Below are positions 40,031-54,170 of a stretch of DNA of 64,000 bases, in pieces. Source of the DNA: Paragordius varius (lineage: Eukaryota > Animalia > Nematomorpha); the NCBI GenBank assembly GCA_964247055.1, contig OZ176050.1, forward strand, positions 496,001-560,000. Direction: 5' to 3'. The position numbers were made by a program, and so were the translations under genes. The notes under the pieces were generated by a model. It searched no databases. It was not told the DNA's origin and was given only the letters and a program-made list of their open reading frames with translations. Positions within the stretch are counted from its first letter, which is position 1; the number at the start of each line of letters is the position of its first letter.

Positions 40031-43000
40031 GTATAAATGTAATTTTTATGAATTTTTTAAATATTTAAAAAATTTATTTTATACGATTTTAAAAATAAAA
40101 ATGGCTACCTAAAATCCAAATTTGATCAGGTGATGTCGCCATAATTTTTTTTGGGTAGCCCTATAGTAGTTCCATCATCACCCCAAATATTTTGGGGATC
40201 GGAGTATAAATGTAATTTTTATGAATTTTTTAAATATTTAAAAAATTTATTTTATACGATTTTAAAAATAAAAATGGCTACCTAAAATCCAAATTTGATC
40301 AGGTGATGTCGCCATAATTTTTTTTGCGTAGTCCTATGGTAGTTCCATCATCACCCCAAATATTTTGGGGATCGGACTATAAATGTAATTTTTATGAATA
40401 TTTAAAAAATTTATTTTATACGATTTTAAAAATAAAAATGGCTACCTAAAATCCAAATTTGATCAGGTGATGTCACCATAATTTTTTTTGGGTAGCCCTA
40501 TGGTAGTTCCATCATCACCCCAAATATTGTCGAGATCGGAGTATAAATGTAATTTTTATGAATTTTTTAAATATTTAAAAAATTTATTTTATACGATTTT
40601 AAAAATAAAAATGGCTACCTAAAATCCAAATTTGATCAGGTGATGTCACCATAATTTTTTTTGGGTAGCCCTATGGTAGTTACATCATCACCCCAAATAT
40701 TTTGGGGATCGGACTATAAATGTAATTTTTTTGAATTTTTTTAAATATTTAAAAAATTTATTTTATACGATTTTAAAAATAAAAATGACTACCTAAAATC
40801 CAAATTTGATCAGGTGATGTCGCCATAATTTTTTTGGGTAGCCCTATGGTAGTTCCATCATAACCCCAAATATTTTTGAGATCGGACTTTAAATGTAATT
40901 TTTATGAATTTTTTAAATATTTAAAAAATTTATTTTATACGATTTTAAAAATAAAAATGGCTACCTAAAATCCAAATTTGATCAGGTGATGTCACCATAA
41001 TTTTTTTTGGGTAGCCCTATGGTAGTTCCATCATCACCCCAAATATTTTCGAGATCGGAGTATAAATGTAATTTTTATGAATTTTTTAAATATTTAAAAA
41101 ATTTATTTTATACGATTTTAAAAATAAAAATGGCTACCTAAAATCCAAATTTGATCAGGTGATGTCACCATAATTTTTTTTGGGTAGCCCTATGGTAGTT
41201 CCATCATCACCCCAAATATTGTCGAGATCGGAGTATAAATGTAATTTTTTTGAATTTTTTAAATATTTAAAAAATTTATTTTATACGATTTTAAAAATCA
41301 AAATGGCTACCTAAAATCCAAATTTGATCAGGTGATGTCACCATAATTTTTTTTGGGTAAGCTATGGTAGTTCCATCATAACCCCAAATCTTTTTGAGAT
41401 CGGACTTTAAATGTAATTTTTATGAATTTTTTAAATATTTAAAAAATTTATTTTATACGATTTTAAAAATAAAAATGGCTACCTAAAATCCAAATTTGAT
41501 CAGGTGATGTCACCATAATTTTTTTTGGGTAGCCCTATGGTAGTTCCATCATCACCCCAAATATTTTCGAGATCGGAGTATAAATGTAATTTTTATGAAT
41601 TTTTTAAATATTTAAAAAATTTATTTTATACGATTTTAAAAATAAAAATGGCTACCTAAAATCCAAATTTGATCAGGTGATGTCACCATAATTTTTTTTG
41701 GGTAGCCCTATGGTAGTTCCATCATCACCCCAAATATTTTCGAGATCGGAGTATAAATGTAATTTTTATGAATTTTTTAAATATTTAAAAAATTTATTTT
41801 ATACGATTTTAAAAATAAAAATGGCTACCTAAAATCCAAATTTGATCAGGTGATGTCGCCACAATTTTTTTTGGGTAGCCCTATGGTAGTTCCATCATCA
41901 CCCCAAATATTTTCGAGATCGGAGTATAAATGTAATTTTTATGAATTTTTTAAATATTTAAAAAATTTATTTTATACGATTTTAAAAATAAAAATGGCTA
42001 CCTAAAATCCAAATTTGATCAGGTGATGTCACCATAATTTTTTTTGGGTAGCCCTATGGTAGTTCCATCATCACCCCAAATATTTTCGAGATCGGAGTAT
42101 AAATGTAATTTTTATGAATTTTTTAAATATTTAAAAAATTTATTTTATACGATTTTAAAAATAAAAATGGCTACCTAAAATCCAAATTTGATCAGGTGAT
42201 GTCACTATAATTTTTTTTGGGTAGCCCTATGGTAGTTCCATCATCACCCCAAATATTTTCGAGATCGGAGTATAAATGTAATTTTTATGAATTTTTTAAA
42301 TATTTAAAAAATTAATTTTATACGATTTTAAAATAAAAATGGCTACCTAAAATCCAAATTTAATCAGGTGATGTCACCATAATTTTTTTTGGGTAGCCCT
42401 ATGGTAGTTCCATCATCACCCCAAATATTGTCGAGATCGGAGTATAAATGTAATTTTTTTGAATTTTTTAAATATTTAAAAAATTTATTTTATACGATTT
42501 TAAAAATAAAAATGGCTACCTAAAATCCAAATTTGATCAGGTGATGTCGCCATAATTTTTTTGGGTAGCCCTATGGTAGTTCCATCATCACCCCAAATAT
42601 TTTAGGGATCGGACAATAAATGTAATTTTTATGAATTTTTTAAATATTTAAAAAATTTATTTTATACGATTTTAAAAATAAAAATGGCTACCTAAAATCC
42701 AAATTTGATCAGGTGATGTCGCCATAATTTTTTTTGCGTAGTCCTATGGTAGTTCCATCATCACCCCAAATATTTTGGGGATCGGACTATAAATGTAATT
42801 TTTATGAATATTTAAAAAATTTATTTTATACGATTTTAAAAATAAAAATGGCTACCTAAAATCCAAATTTGATCAGGTGATGTCACCATAATTTTTTTTG
42901 GGTAGCCCTATGGTAGTTCCATCATCACCCCAAATATTGTCGAGATCGGAGTATAAATGTAATTTTTTTGAATTTTTTAAATATTTAAAAAATTTATTTT

Positions 43001-46000
43001 ATACGATTTTAAAAATAAAAATGGCTACCTAAAATCCAAATTTGATCAGGTGATATCACCATAATTTTTTTTGCGTAGCCCTATGGTAGTTTCATCATCA
43101 CCCCAAATATTTTGGGGATCGGACTATAAATGTAATTTTTATGAATTTTTTAAATATTTAAAAAATTAATTTTATACGATTTTAAAAATAAAAATGGCTA
43201 CCTAAAATCCAAATTTGATCAGGTGATGTCACCATAATTTTTTTTGGGTAGCCCTATGGTAGTTCCATCATCACCCCAAATATTGTCGAGATCGGAGTAT
43301 AAATGTAATTTTTATGAATTTTTTAAATATTTAAAAAATTGATTTTATACGATTTTAAAAATAAAAATGGCTACCTAAAATCCAAATTTGATCAGGTGAT
43401 GTCACCATAATTTTTTTTGCGTAGCCCTATGGTAGTTCCATCATCACCCCAAATATTTTGGGGATCGGACTATAAATGTAATTTTATGAATTTTTTAAAT
43501 ATTTAAAAAATTTATTTTATACGATTTTAAAAATAAAAATGGCTACCTAAAATCCAAATTTGATCAGGTGATGTCGCCATAATTTTTTTTGGGTAGCCCT
43601 ATGGTAGTTCCATCATCACCCCAAATATTTTGGGCATCGGACTATAAATGTAATTTTTATGAATTTTTTAAATATTTAAAAAATTTATTTTATACGATTT
43701 TAAAAATAAAAATGGCTACCTAAAATCCAAATTTGATCAGGTGATGTCGCCATAATTTTTTTTGGGTAGCCCTATGGTAGTTCCATCATCACCCCAAATA
43801 TTTTAGGGATCGGACTATAAATGTAATTTTTATGAATTTTTTTAATATTTAAAAAATTTATTTTATACGATTTTAAAAATAAAAATGGCTACCTAAAATC
43901 CAAATTTTATCACGTGATGTCACCATAATTTTTTTTGGGTAGCCCTATGGTAGTTTCATCATCACCCCAAATATTTTGGGGATCGGACTATAAATGTAAT
44001 TTTTATGAATTTTTTAAATATTTAAAAAATTTATTTTATACGATTAAAATAAAAATGGCTACCTAAAATCCAAATTTTATCAGGTGATGTCACCATAATT
44101 TTTTTTGGGTAGCCCTATGGTAGTTCCATCATCACCCCAAATATTTTCGAGATCGGAGTATAAATGTAATTTTTATGAATTTTTTAAATATTTAAAAAAT
44201 TTATTTTATACGATTTTAAAAATAAAAATGGCTACCTAAAATCCAAATTTGATCAGGTGATGTCACCATAATTTTTTTTAGGTAGCCCTATGGTATTTCC
44301 ATCATCACCCCAAATATTTTCGAGATCGGAGTATAAATGTAATTTTTATGAATTTTTTAAATATTTAAAAAATTTATTTTATACGATTTTAAAAATAAAA
44401 ATGGCTACCTAAAATCCAAATTTGATCAGGTGATGTCGCCATAATTTTTTTTGCGTAGTCCTATGGTAGTTCCATCATCACCCCAAATATTTTGGGGATC
44501 GGACTATAAATGTAATTTTTATGAATATTTAAAAAATTTATTTTATACGATTTTAAAAATAAAAATGGCTACCTAAAATCCAAATTTGATCAGGTGATGT
44601 CACCATAATTTTTTTTGGGTAGCCCTATGGTAGTTCCATCATCACCCCAAATATTGTCGAGATCGGAGTATAAATGTAATTTTTTTGAATTTTTTAAATA
44701 TTTAAAAAATTTATTTTATACGATTTTAAAAATAAAAATGGCTACCTAAAATCCAAATTTGATCAGGTGATGTCACCATAATTTTTTTTGCGTAGCCCTA
44801 TGGTAGTTCCATCATCACCCCAAATATTTTTGAGATCGGACTTTAAATGTAATTTTTATGAATTTTTTAAATATTTAAAAAATTTATTTTATACGATTAA
44901 AATAAAAATGGCTACATAAAATCCAAATTTTATCAGGTGATGTCACCATAATTTTTTTTGGGTAGCCCTATGGTAGTTCCATCATCACCCCAAATATTTT
45001 CGAGATCGGAGTATAAATGTAATTTTTATGAATTTTTTAAATATTTAAAAAATTTATTTTATACGATTTTAAAAATAAAAATGGCTACCTAAAATCCAAA
45101 TTTGATCAGGTGATGTCACCATAATTTTTTTTAGGTAGCCCTATGGTATTTCCATCATCACCCCAAATATTTTCGAGATCGGAGTATAAATGTAATTTTT
45201 ATGAATTTTTTAAATATTTAAAAAATTTATTTTATACGATTTTAAAAATAAAAATGGCTACCTAAAATCCAAATTTGATCAGGTGATGTCGCCATAATTT
45301 TTTTTGCGTAGTCCTATGGTAGTTCCATCATCACCCCAAATATTTTGGGGATCGGACTATAAATGTAATTTTTATGAATATTTAAAAAATTTATTTTATA
45401 CGATTTTAAAAATAAAAATGGCTACCTAAAATCCAAATTTGATCAGGTGATGTCACCATAATTTTTTTTGGGTAGCCCTATGGTAGTTCCATCATCACCC
45501 CAAATATTGTCGAGATCGGAGTATAAATGTAATTTTTTTGAATTTTTTAAATATTTAAAAAATTTATTTTATACGATTTTAAAAATAAAAATGGCTACCT
45601 AAAATCCAAATTTGATCAGGTGATGTCACCATAATTTTTTTTGCGTAGCCCTATGGTAGTTCCATCATCACCCCAAATATTTTGGGGATCGGACTATAAA
45701 TGTAATTTTTATGAATTTTTTAAATATTTAAAAAATTTATTTTATACGATTTTAAAAATAAAAATGGCTACCTAAAATCCAAATTTGATCAGGTGATGTC
45801 GCCATAATTTTTTTTGGGTAGCCCTATGGTAGTTCCATCATCACCCCAAATATTTTAGGGATCGGACTATAAATGTAATTTTTATGAATTTTTTAAATAT
45901 TTAAAAAATTTATTTTATACGATTTTAAAAATAAAAATGGCTACCTAAAATCCAAATTTGATCACGTGATGTCACCATAATTTTTTTTGGGTAGCCCTAT

Positions 46001-49000
46001 GGTAGTTTCATCATCACCCCAAATATTTTGGGGATCGGACTATAAATGTAATTTTTATGAATTTTTTAAATATTTAAAAAATTTATTTAATACGATTTTA
46101 AAAATATAAATGGCTACCTAAAATCCAAATTTGATCAGGTGATATCGCCATAATTTTTTTTGCGTAGTCCTATGGTAGTTCCATCATCACCCCAAATATT
46201 TTGGGGATCGGACTATAAATGTAATTTTTATGAATATTTAAAAAATTTATTTTATACGATTTTAAAAATAAAAATGGCTACCTAAAATCCAAATTTGATC
46301 AGGTGATGTCACCATAATTTTTTTTAGGTAGCCCTATGGTATTTCCATCATCACCCCAAATATTTTCGAGATCGGAGTATAAATGTAATTTTTATGAATT
46401 TTTTAAATATTTAAAAAATTTATTTTATACGATTTTAAAAATAAAAATGGCTACCTAAAATCCAAATTTGATCAGGTGATGTCGCCATAATTTTTTTTGC
46501 GTAGTCCTATGGTAGTTCCATCATCACCCCAAATATTTTGGGGATCGGACTATAAATGTAATTTTTATGAATATTTAAAAAATTTATTTTATACGATTTT
46601 AAAAATAAAAATGGCTACCTAAAATCCAAATTTGATCAGGTGATGTCACCATAATTTTTTTTGGGTAGCCCTATGGTAGTTCCATGATCACCCCAAATAT
46701 TGTCGAGATCGGAGTATAAATGTAATTTTTTTGAATTTTTTAAATATTTAAAAAATTTATTTTATACGATTTTAAAAATAAAAATGGCTACCTAAAATCC
46801 AAATTTGATCAGGTGATGTCACCATAATTTTTTTGCGTAGCCCTATGGTAGTTCCATCATCACCCCAAATATTTTGGGGATCGGACTATAAATGTAATTT
46901 TTATGAATTTTTTAAATATTTAAAAAATTTATTTTATACGATTTTAAAAATAAAAATGGCTACCTAAAATCCAAATTTGATCAGGTGATGTCGCCATAAT
47001 TTTTTTTGGGTAGCCCTATAGTAGTTCCATCATCACCCCAAATATTTTCGAGATCGGAGTATAAATGTAATTTTTATGAATTTTTTAAATATTTAAAAAA
47101 TTTATTTTATACGATTTTAAAAATAAAAATGGCTACCTAAAATCCAAATTTGATCAGGTGATGTCACTATAATTTTTTTTGGGTAGCCCTATGGTAGTTC
47201 CATCATCACCCCAAATATTTTGGGGATCGGACTATAAATGTAATTTTTATGAATTTTTTAAATATTTAAAAAATTTATTTTATACGATTTTAAAAATAAA
47301 AATGGCTACCTAAAATCCAAATTTGATCACGTGATGTCACCATAATTTTTTTTGGGTAGCCCTATGGTAGTTTCATCATCACCCCAAATATTTTGGGGAT
47401 CGGACTATAAATGTAATTTTTATGAATTTTTTAAATATTTAAAAAATTTATTTTATACGATTAAAATAAAAATGGCTACCTAAAATCCAAATTTTATCAG
47501 GTGATGTCACCATAATTTTTTTTGGGTAGCCCTATGGTAGTTCCATCATCACCCCAAATATTTTCGAGATCGGAGTATAAATGTAATTTTTATGAATTTT
47601 TTAAATATTTAAAAAATTAATTTTATACGATTTTAAAATAAAAATGGCTACCTAAAATCCAAATTTGATCAGGTGATGTCACCATAATTTTTTTTGGGTA
47701 GCCCTATGGTAGTTCCATCATCACCCCAAATATTGTCGAGATCGGAGTATAAATGTAATTTTTTTGAATTTTTTAAATATTTAAAAAATTTATTTTATAC
47801 GATTTTAAAAATAAAAATGGCTACCTAAAATCCAAATTTGATCAGGTGATGTCACCATAATTTTTTTTGCGTAGCCCTATGGTAGTTCCATCATCACCCC
47901 AAATATTTTGGGGATCGGACTATAAATGTAATTTTTATGAATTTTTTAAATATTTAAAAAATTTATTTTATACGATTTTAAAAATAAAAATGGCTACCTA
48001 AAATCCAAATTTGATCAGGTGATGTCGCCATAATTTTTTTTGGGTAGCGCTATGGTAGTTCCATCATAACCCCAAATATTTTTGAGATCGGACTTTAAAT
48101 GTAATTTTTATGAATTTTTTAAATATTTAAAAAATTTATTTTATACGATTTTAAAAATAAAAATGGCTACCTAAAATCCAAATTTGATCAGGTGATGTCG
48201 CCATATTTTTTTGCGTAGTCCTATGGTAGTTCCATCACCCCAAATATTTTGGGGATCGGACTATAAATGTAATTTTTATGAATATTTAAAAAATTTATTT
48301 TATACGATTTTAAAAATAAAAATGGCTACCTAAAATCCAAATTTGATCAGGTGATGTCACCATAATTTTTTTTGCGTAGCCCTATAGTAGTTCCATCATC
48401 ACCCCAAATATTGTCCAGATCGGAGTATAAATGTAATTTTTATGAATTTTTTAAATATTTAAAAAATTGATTTTATACGATTTTAAAAATAAAAATGGCT
48501 ACCTAAAATCCAAATTTGATCAGGTGATGTCACCATAATTTTTTTTGCGTAGCCCTATGGTAGTTCCATCATCACCCCAAATATTTTGGGGATCGGACTA
48601 TAAATGTAATTTTTATGAATTTTTTAAATATTTAAAAAATTTATTTTATACGATTTTAAAAATAAAAATGGCTACCTAAAATCCAAATTTGATCAGGTGA
48701 TGTCGCCATAATTTTTTTTGGGTAGCCCTATGGTAGTTCCATCATCACCCCAAATATTTTGGGGATCGGACTATAAATGTAATTTTTATGAATTTTTTAA
48801 ATATTTAAAAAATTTATTTTATACGATTTTAAAAATAAAAATGGCTACCTAAAATCCAAATTTGATCAGGTGATGTCACCATAATTTTTTTGGGTAGCCC
48901 TATGGTAGTTCCATCATAACCCCAAATATTTTTGAGATCGGACTTTAAATGTAATTTTTATGAATTTTTTAAATATTTAAAAATTTTATTTTATACGATT

Positions 49001-49286
49001 TTAAAAATAAAAATGGCTACCTAAAATCCAAATTTGATCACGTGATGTCACCATAATTTTTTTTGGGTAGCCCTATGGTAGTTTCATCATCACCCCAAAT
49101 ATTTTGGGGATCGGACTATAAATGTAATTTTTATGAATTTTTTAAATATTTAAAAAATTTATTTTATACGATTAAAATAAAAATGGCTACCTAAAATCCA
49201 AATTTTATCAGGTGATGTCACCATAATTTTTTTTGGGTAGCCCTATGGTAGTTCCATCATCACCCCAAATATTTTCGAGATCGGAG

Positions 49287-52200
49287 TATAAATGTAATTT
49301 TTATGAATTTTTTAAATATTTAAAAAATTTATTTTATACGATTTTAAAAATAAAAATGGCTACCTAAAATCCAAATTTGATCAGGTGATGTCACCATAAT
49401 TTTTTTTAGGTAGCCCTATGGTATTTCCATCATCACCCCAAATATTTTCGAGATCGGAGTATAAATGTAATTTTTATGAATTTTTTAAATATTTAAAAAA
49501 TTTATTTTATACGATTTTAAAAATAAAAATGGCTACCTAAAATCCAAATTTGATCAGGTGATGTCGCCATAATTTTTTTTGCGTAGTCCTATGGTAGTTC
49601 CATCATCACCCCAAATATTTTGGGGATCGGACTATAAATGTAATTTTTATGAATATTTAAAAAATTTATTTTATACGATTTTAAAAATAAAAATGGCTAC
49701 CTAAAATCCAAATTTGATCAGGTGATGTCACCATAATTTTTTTTGGGTAGCCCTATGGTAGTTCCATCATCACCCCAAATATTGTCGAGATCGGAGTATA
49801 AATGTAATTTTTTTGAATTTTTTAAATATTTAAAAAATTTATTTTATACGATTTTAAAAATAAAAATGGCTACCTAAAATCCAAATTTGATCAGGTGATG
49901 TCACCATAATTTTTTTTGGGTAGCCCTATGGTAGTTCCATCATCACCCCAAATATTTTCGAGATCGGAGTATAAATGTAATTTTTATGAATTTTTTAAAT
50001 ATTTAAAAAATTTATTTTATACGATTTTAAAAATAAAAATGGCTACCTAAAATCCAAATTTGATCAGGTGATGTTACCATAATTTTTTTTGGATAGCCCT
50101 ATGGTAGTTCCATCATCACCCCAAATATTTTCGAGATCGGAGTAAAAATGTAATTTTTATGAATTTTTTAAATATTTAAAAAATTTATTTTATACGATTT
50201 TAAAAATAAAAATGGCTACCTAAAATCCAAATTTGATCAGGTGATGTCACTATAATTTTTTTTGGGTAGCCCTATGGTAGTTCCATCATCACCCCAAATA
50301 TTTTCGAGATCGGAGTATAAATGTAATTTTTATGAATTTTTTAAATATTTAAAAAATTAATTTTATACGATTTTAAAATAAAAATGGCTACCTAAAATCC
50401 AAATTTGATCAGGTGATGTCACCATAATTTTTTTTGGGTAGCCCTATGGTAGTTCCATCATCACCCCAAATATTGTCGAGATCGGAGTATAAATGTAATT
50501 TTTTTGAATTTTTTAAATATTTAAAAAATTTATTTTATACGATTTTAAAAATAAAAATGGCTACCTAAAATCCAAATTTGATCAGGTGATGTCGCCATAA
50601 TTTTTTTTGGATAGCCCTATGGTAGTTCCATCATCACCCCAAATATTTTAGGGATCGGACTATAAATGTAATTTTTATGAATTTTTTAAATATTTAAAAA
50701 ATTTATTTTATACGATTTTAAAAATAAAAATGGCTACCTAAAATCCAAATTTGATCACGTGATGTCACCATAATTTTTTTTGGGTAGCCCTATGGTAGTT
50801 TCATCATCACCCCAAATATTTTGGGGATCGGACTATAAATGTAATTTTTATGAATTTTTTAAATATTTAAAAAATTTATTTTATACGATTAAAATAAAAA
50901 TGGCTACCTAAAATCCAAATTTTATCAGGTGATGTCACCATAATTTTTTTTGGGTAGCCCTATGGTAGTTCCATCATCACCCCAAATATTTTCGAGATCG
51001 GAGTATAAATGTAATTTTTATGAATTTTTTAAATATTTAAAAAATTTATTTTATACGATTTTAAAAATAAAAATGGCTACCTAAAATCCAAATTTGATCA
51101 GGTGATGTCACCATATTTTTTTTTGGGTAGCCCTATGGTAGTTCCATCATCACCCCAAATATTGTCGAGATCGGAGTATAAATGTAATTTTTTTGAATTT
51201 TTTAAATATTTAAAAAATTTATTTTATACGATTTTAAAAATAAAAATGGCTACCTAAAATCCAAATTTGATCAGGTGATGTCACCATAATTTTTTTTGCG
51301 TAGCCCTATGGTAGTTCCATCATCACCCCAAATATTTTGGGGATCGGACTATAAATGTAATTTTTATGAATTTTTTAAATATTTAAAAAATTTATTTTAT
51401 ACGATTTTAAAAATAAAAATGGCTACCTAAAATCCAAATTTGATCAGGTGATGTCGCCATAATTTTTTTTGAATAGCCCTATGGTAGTTCCATCATCACC
51501 CCAAATATTTTAGGGATCGGACTATAAATGTAATTTTTATGAATTTTTTAAATATTTAAAAAATTTATTTTATACGATTTTAAAAATAAAAATGGCTACC
51601 TAAAATCCAAATTTGATCACGTGATGTCACCATAATTTTTTTTGGGTAGCCCTATGGTAGTTTCATCATCACCCCAAATATTTTGGGGATCGGACTATAA
51701 ATGTAATTTTTATGAATTTTTTAAATATTTAAAAAATTTATTTTATACGATTTTAAAAATAAAAATGGCTACCTAAAATCCAAATTTGATCAGGTGATGT
51801 CACCATAATTTTTTTTAGGTAGCCCTATGGTATTTCCATCATCACCCCAAATATTTTCGAGATCGGAGTATAAATGTAATTTTTATGAATTTTTTAAATA
51901 TTTAAAAAATTTATTTTATACGATTTTAAAAATAAAAATGGCTACCTAAAATCCAAATTTGATCAGGTGATGTCGCCATAATTTTTTTTGCGTAGTCCTA
52001 TGGTAGTTCCATCATCACCCCAAATATTTTGGGGATCGGACTATAAATGTAATTTTTATGAATATTTAAAAAATTTATTTTATACGATTTTAAAAATAAA
52101 AATGGCTACCTAAAATCCAAATTTGATCAGGTGATGTCACCATAATTTTTTTTGGGTAGCCCTATGGTAGTTCCATCATCACCCCAAATATTGTCGAGAT

Positions 52201-54170
52201 CGGAGTATAAATGTAATTTTTTTGAATTTTTTAAATATTTAAAAAATTTATTTTATACGATTTTAAAAATAAAAATGGCTACCTAAAATCCAAATTTGAT
52301 CAGGTGATGTCACCATAATTTTTTTTGGGTAGCCCTATGGTAGTTCCATCATCACCCCAAATATTTTCGAGATCGGAGTATAAATGTAATTTTTATGAAT
52401 TTTTTAAATATTTAAAAAATTTATTTTATACGATTTTAAAAATAAAAATGGCTACCTAAAATCCAAATTTGATCAGGTGATGTTACCATAATTTTTTTTG
52501 GATAGCCCTATGGTAGTTCCATCATCACCCCAAATATTTTCGAGATCGGAGTAAAAATGTAATTTTTATGAATTTTTTAAATATTTAAAAAATTTATTTT
52601 ATACGATTTTAAAAATAAAAATGGCTACCTAAAATCCAAATTTGATCAGGTGATGTCACTATAATTTTTTTTGGGTAGCCCTATGGTAGTTCCATCATCA
52701 CCCCAAATATTTTCGAGATCGGAGTATAAATGTAATTTTTATGAATTTTTTAAATATTTAAAAAATTAATTTTATACGATTTTAAAATAAAAATGGCTAC
52801 CTAAAATCCAAATTTGATCAGGTGATGTCACCATAATTTTTTTTGGGTAGCCCTATGGTAGTTCCATCATCACCCCAAATATTGTCGAGATCGGAGTATA
52901 AATGTAATTTTTTTGAATTTTTTAAATATTTAAAAAATTTATTTTATACGATTTTAAAAATAAAAATGGCTACCTAAAATCCAAATTTGATCAGGTGATG
53001 TCGCCATAATTTTTTTTGGATAGCCCTATGGTAGTTCCATCATCACCCCAAATATTTTAGGGATCGGACTATAAATGTAATTTTTATGAATTTTTTAAAT
53101 ATTTAAAAAATTTATTTTATACGATTTTAAAAATAAAAATGGCTACCTAAAATCCAAATTTGATCACGTGATGTCACCATAATTTTTTTTGGGTAGCCCT
53201 ATGGTAGTTTCATCATCACCCCAAATATTTTGGGGATCGGACTATAAATGTAATTTTTATGAATTTTTTAAATATTTAAAAAATTTATTTTATACGATTA
53301 AAATAAAAATGGCTACCTAAAATCCAAATTTTATCAGGTGATGTCACCATAATTTTTTTTGGGTAGCCCTATGGTAGTTCCATCATCACCCCAAATATTT
53401 TCGAGATCGGAGTATAAATGTAATTTTTATGAATTTTTTAAATATTTAAAAAATTTATTTTATACGATTTTAAAAATAAAAATGGCTACCTAAAATCCAA
53501 ATTTGATCAGGTGATGTCACCATATTTTTTTTTGGGTAGCCCTATGGTAGTTCCATCATCACCCCAAATATTGTCGAGATCGGAGTATAAATGTAATTTT
53601 TTTGAATTTTTTAAATATTTAAAAAATTTATTTTATACGATTTTAAAAATAAAAATGGCTACCTAAAATCCAAATTTGATCAGGTGATGTCACCATAATT
53701 TTTTTTGCGTAGCCCTATGGTAGTTCCATCATCACCCCAAATATTTTGGGGATCGGACTATAAATGTAATTTTTATGAATTTTTTAAATATTTAAAAAAT
53801 TTATTTTATACGATTTTAAAAATAAAAATGGCTACCTAAAATCCAAATTTGATCAGGTGATGTCGCCATAATTTTTTTTGAATAGCCCTATGGTAGTTCC
53901 ATCATCACCCCAAATATTTTAGGGATCGGACTATAAATGTAATTTTTATGAATTTTTTAAATATTTAAAAAATTTATTTTATACGATTTTAAAAATAAAA
54001 ATGGCTACCTAAAATCCAAATTTGATCACGTGATGTCACCATAATTTTTTTTGGGTAGCCCTATGGTAGTTTCATCATCACCCCAAATATTTTGGGGATC
54101 GGACTATAAATGTAATTTTTATGAATTTTTTAAATATTTAAAAAATTTATTTTATACGATTTTAAAAATA
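49287..54170 (+). repeat. Tandem duplication of a 14-monomer, 2409-bp unit
   Basis: gatgttacc 50075/52484, gaatagccc 51472/53881 and ttaggtag 49408/51817 are all +2409. 14x173 - 13 = 2409. Confidence 0.87.
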
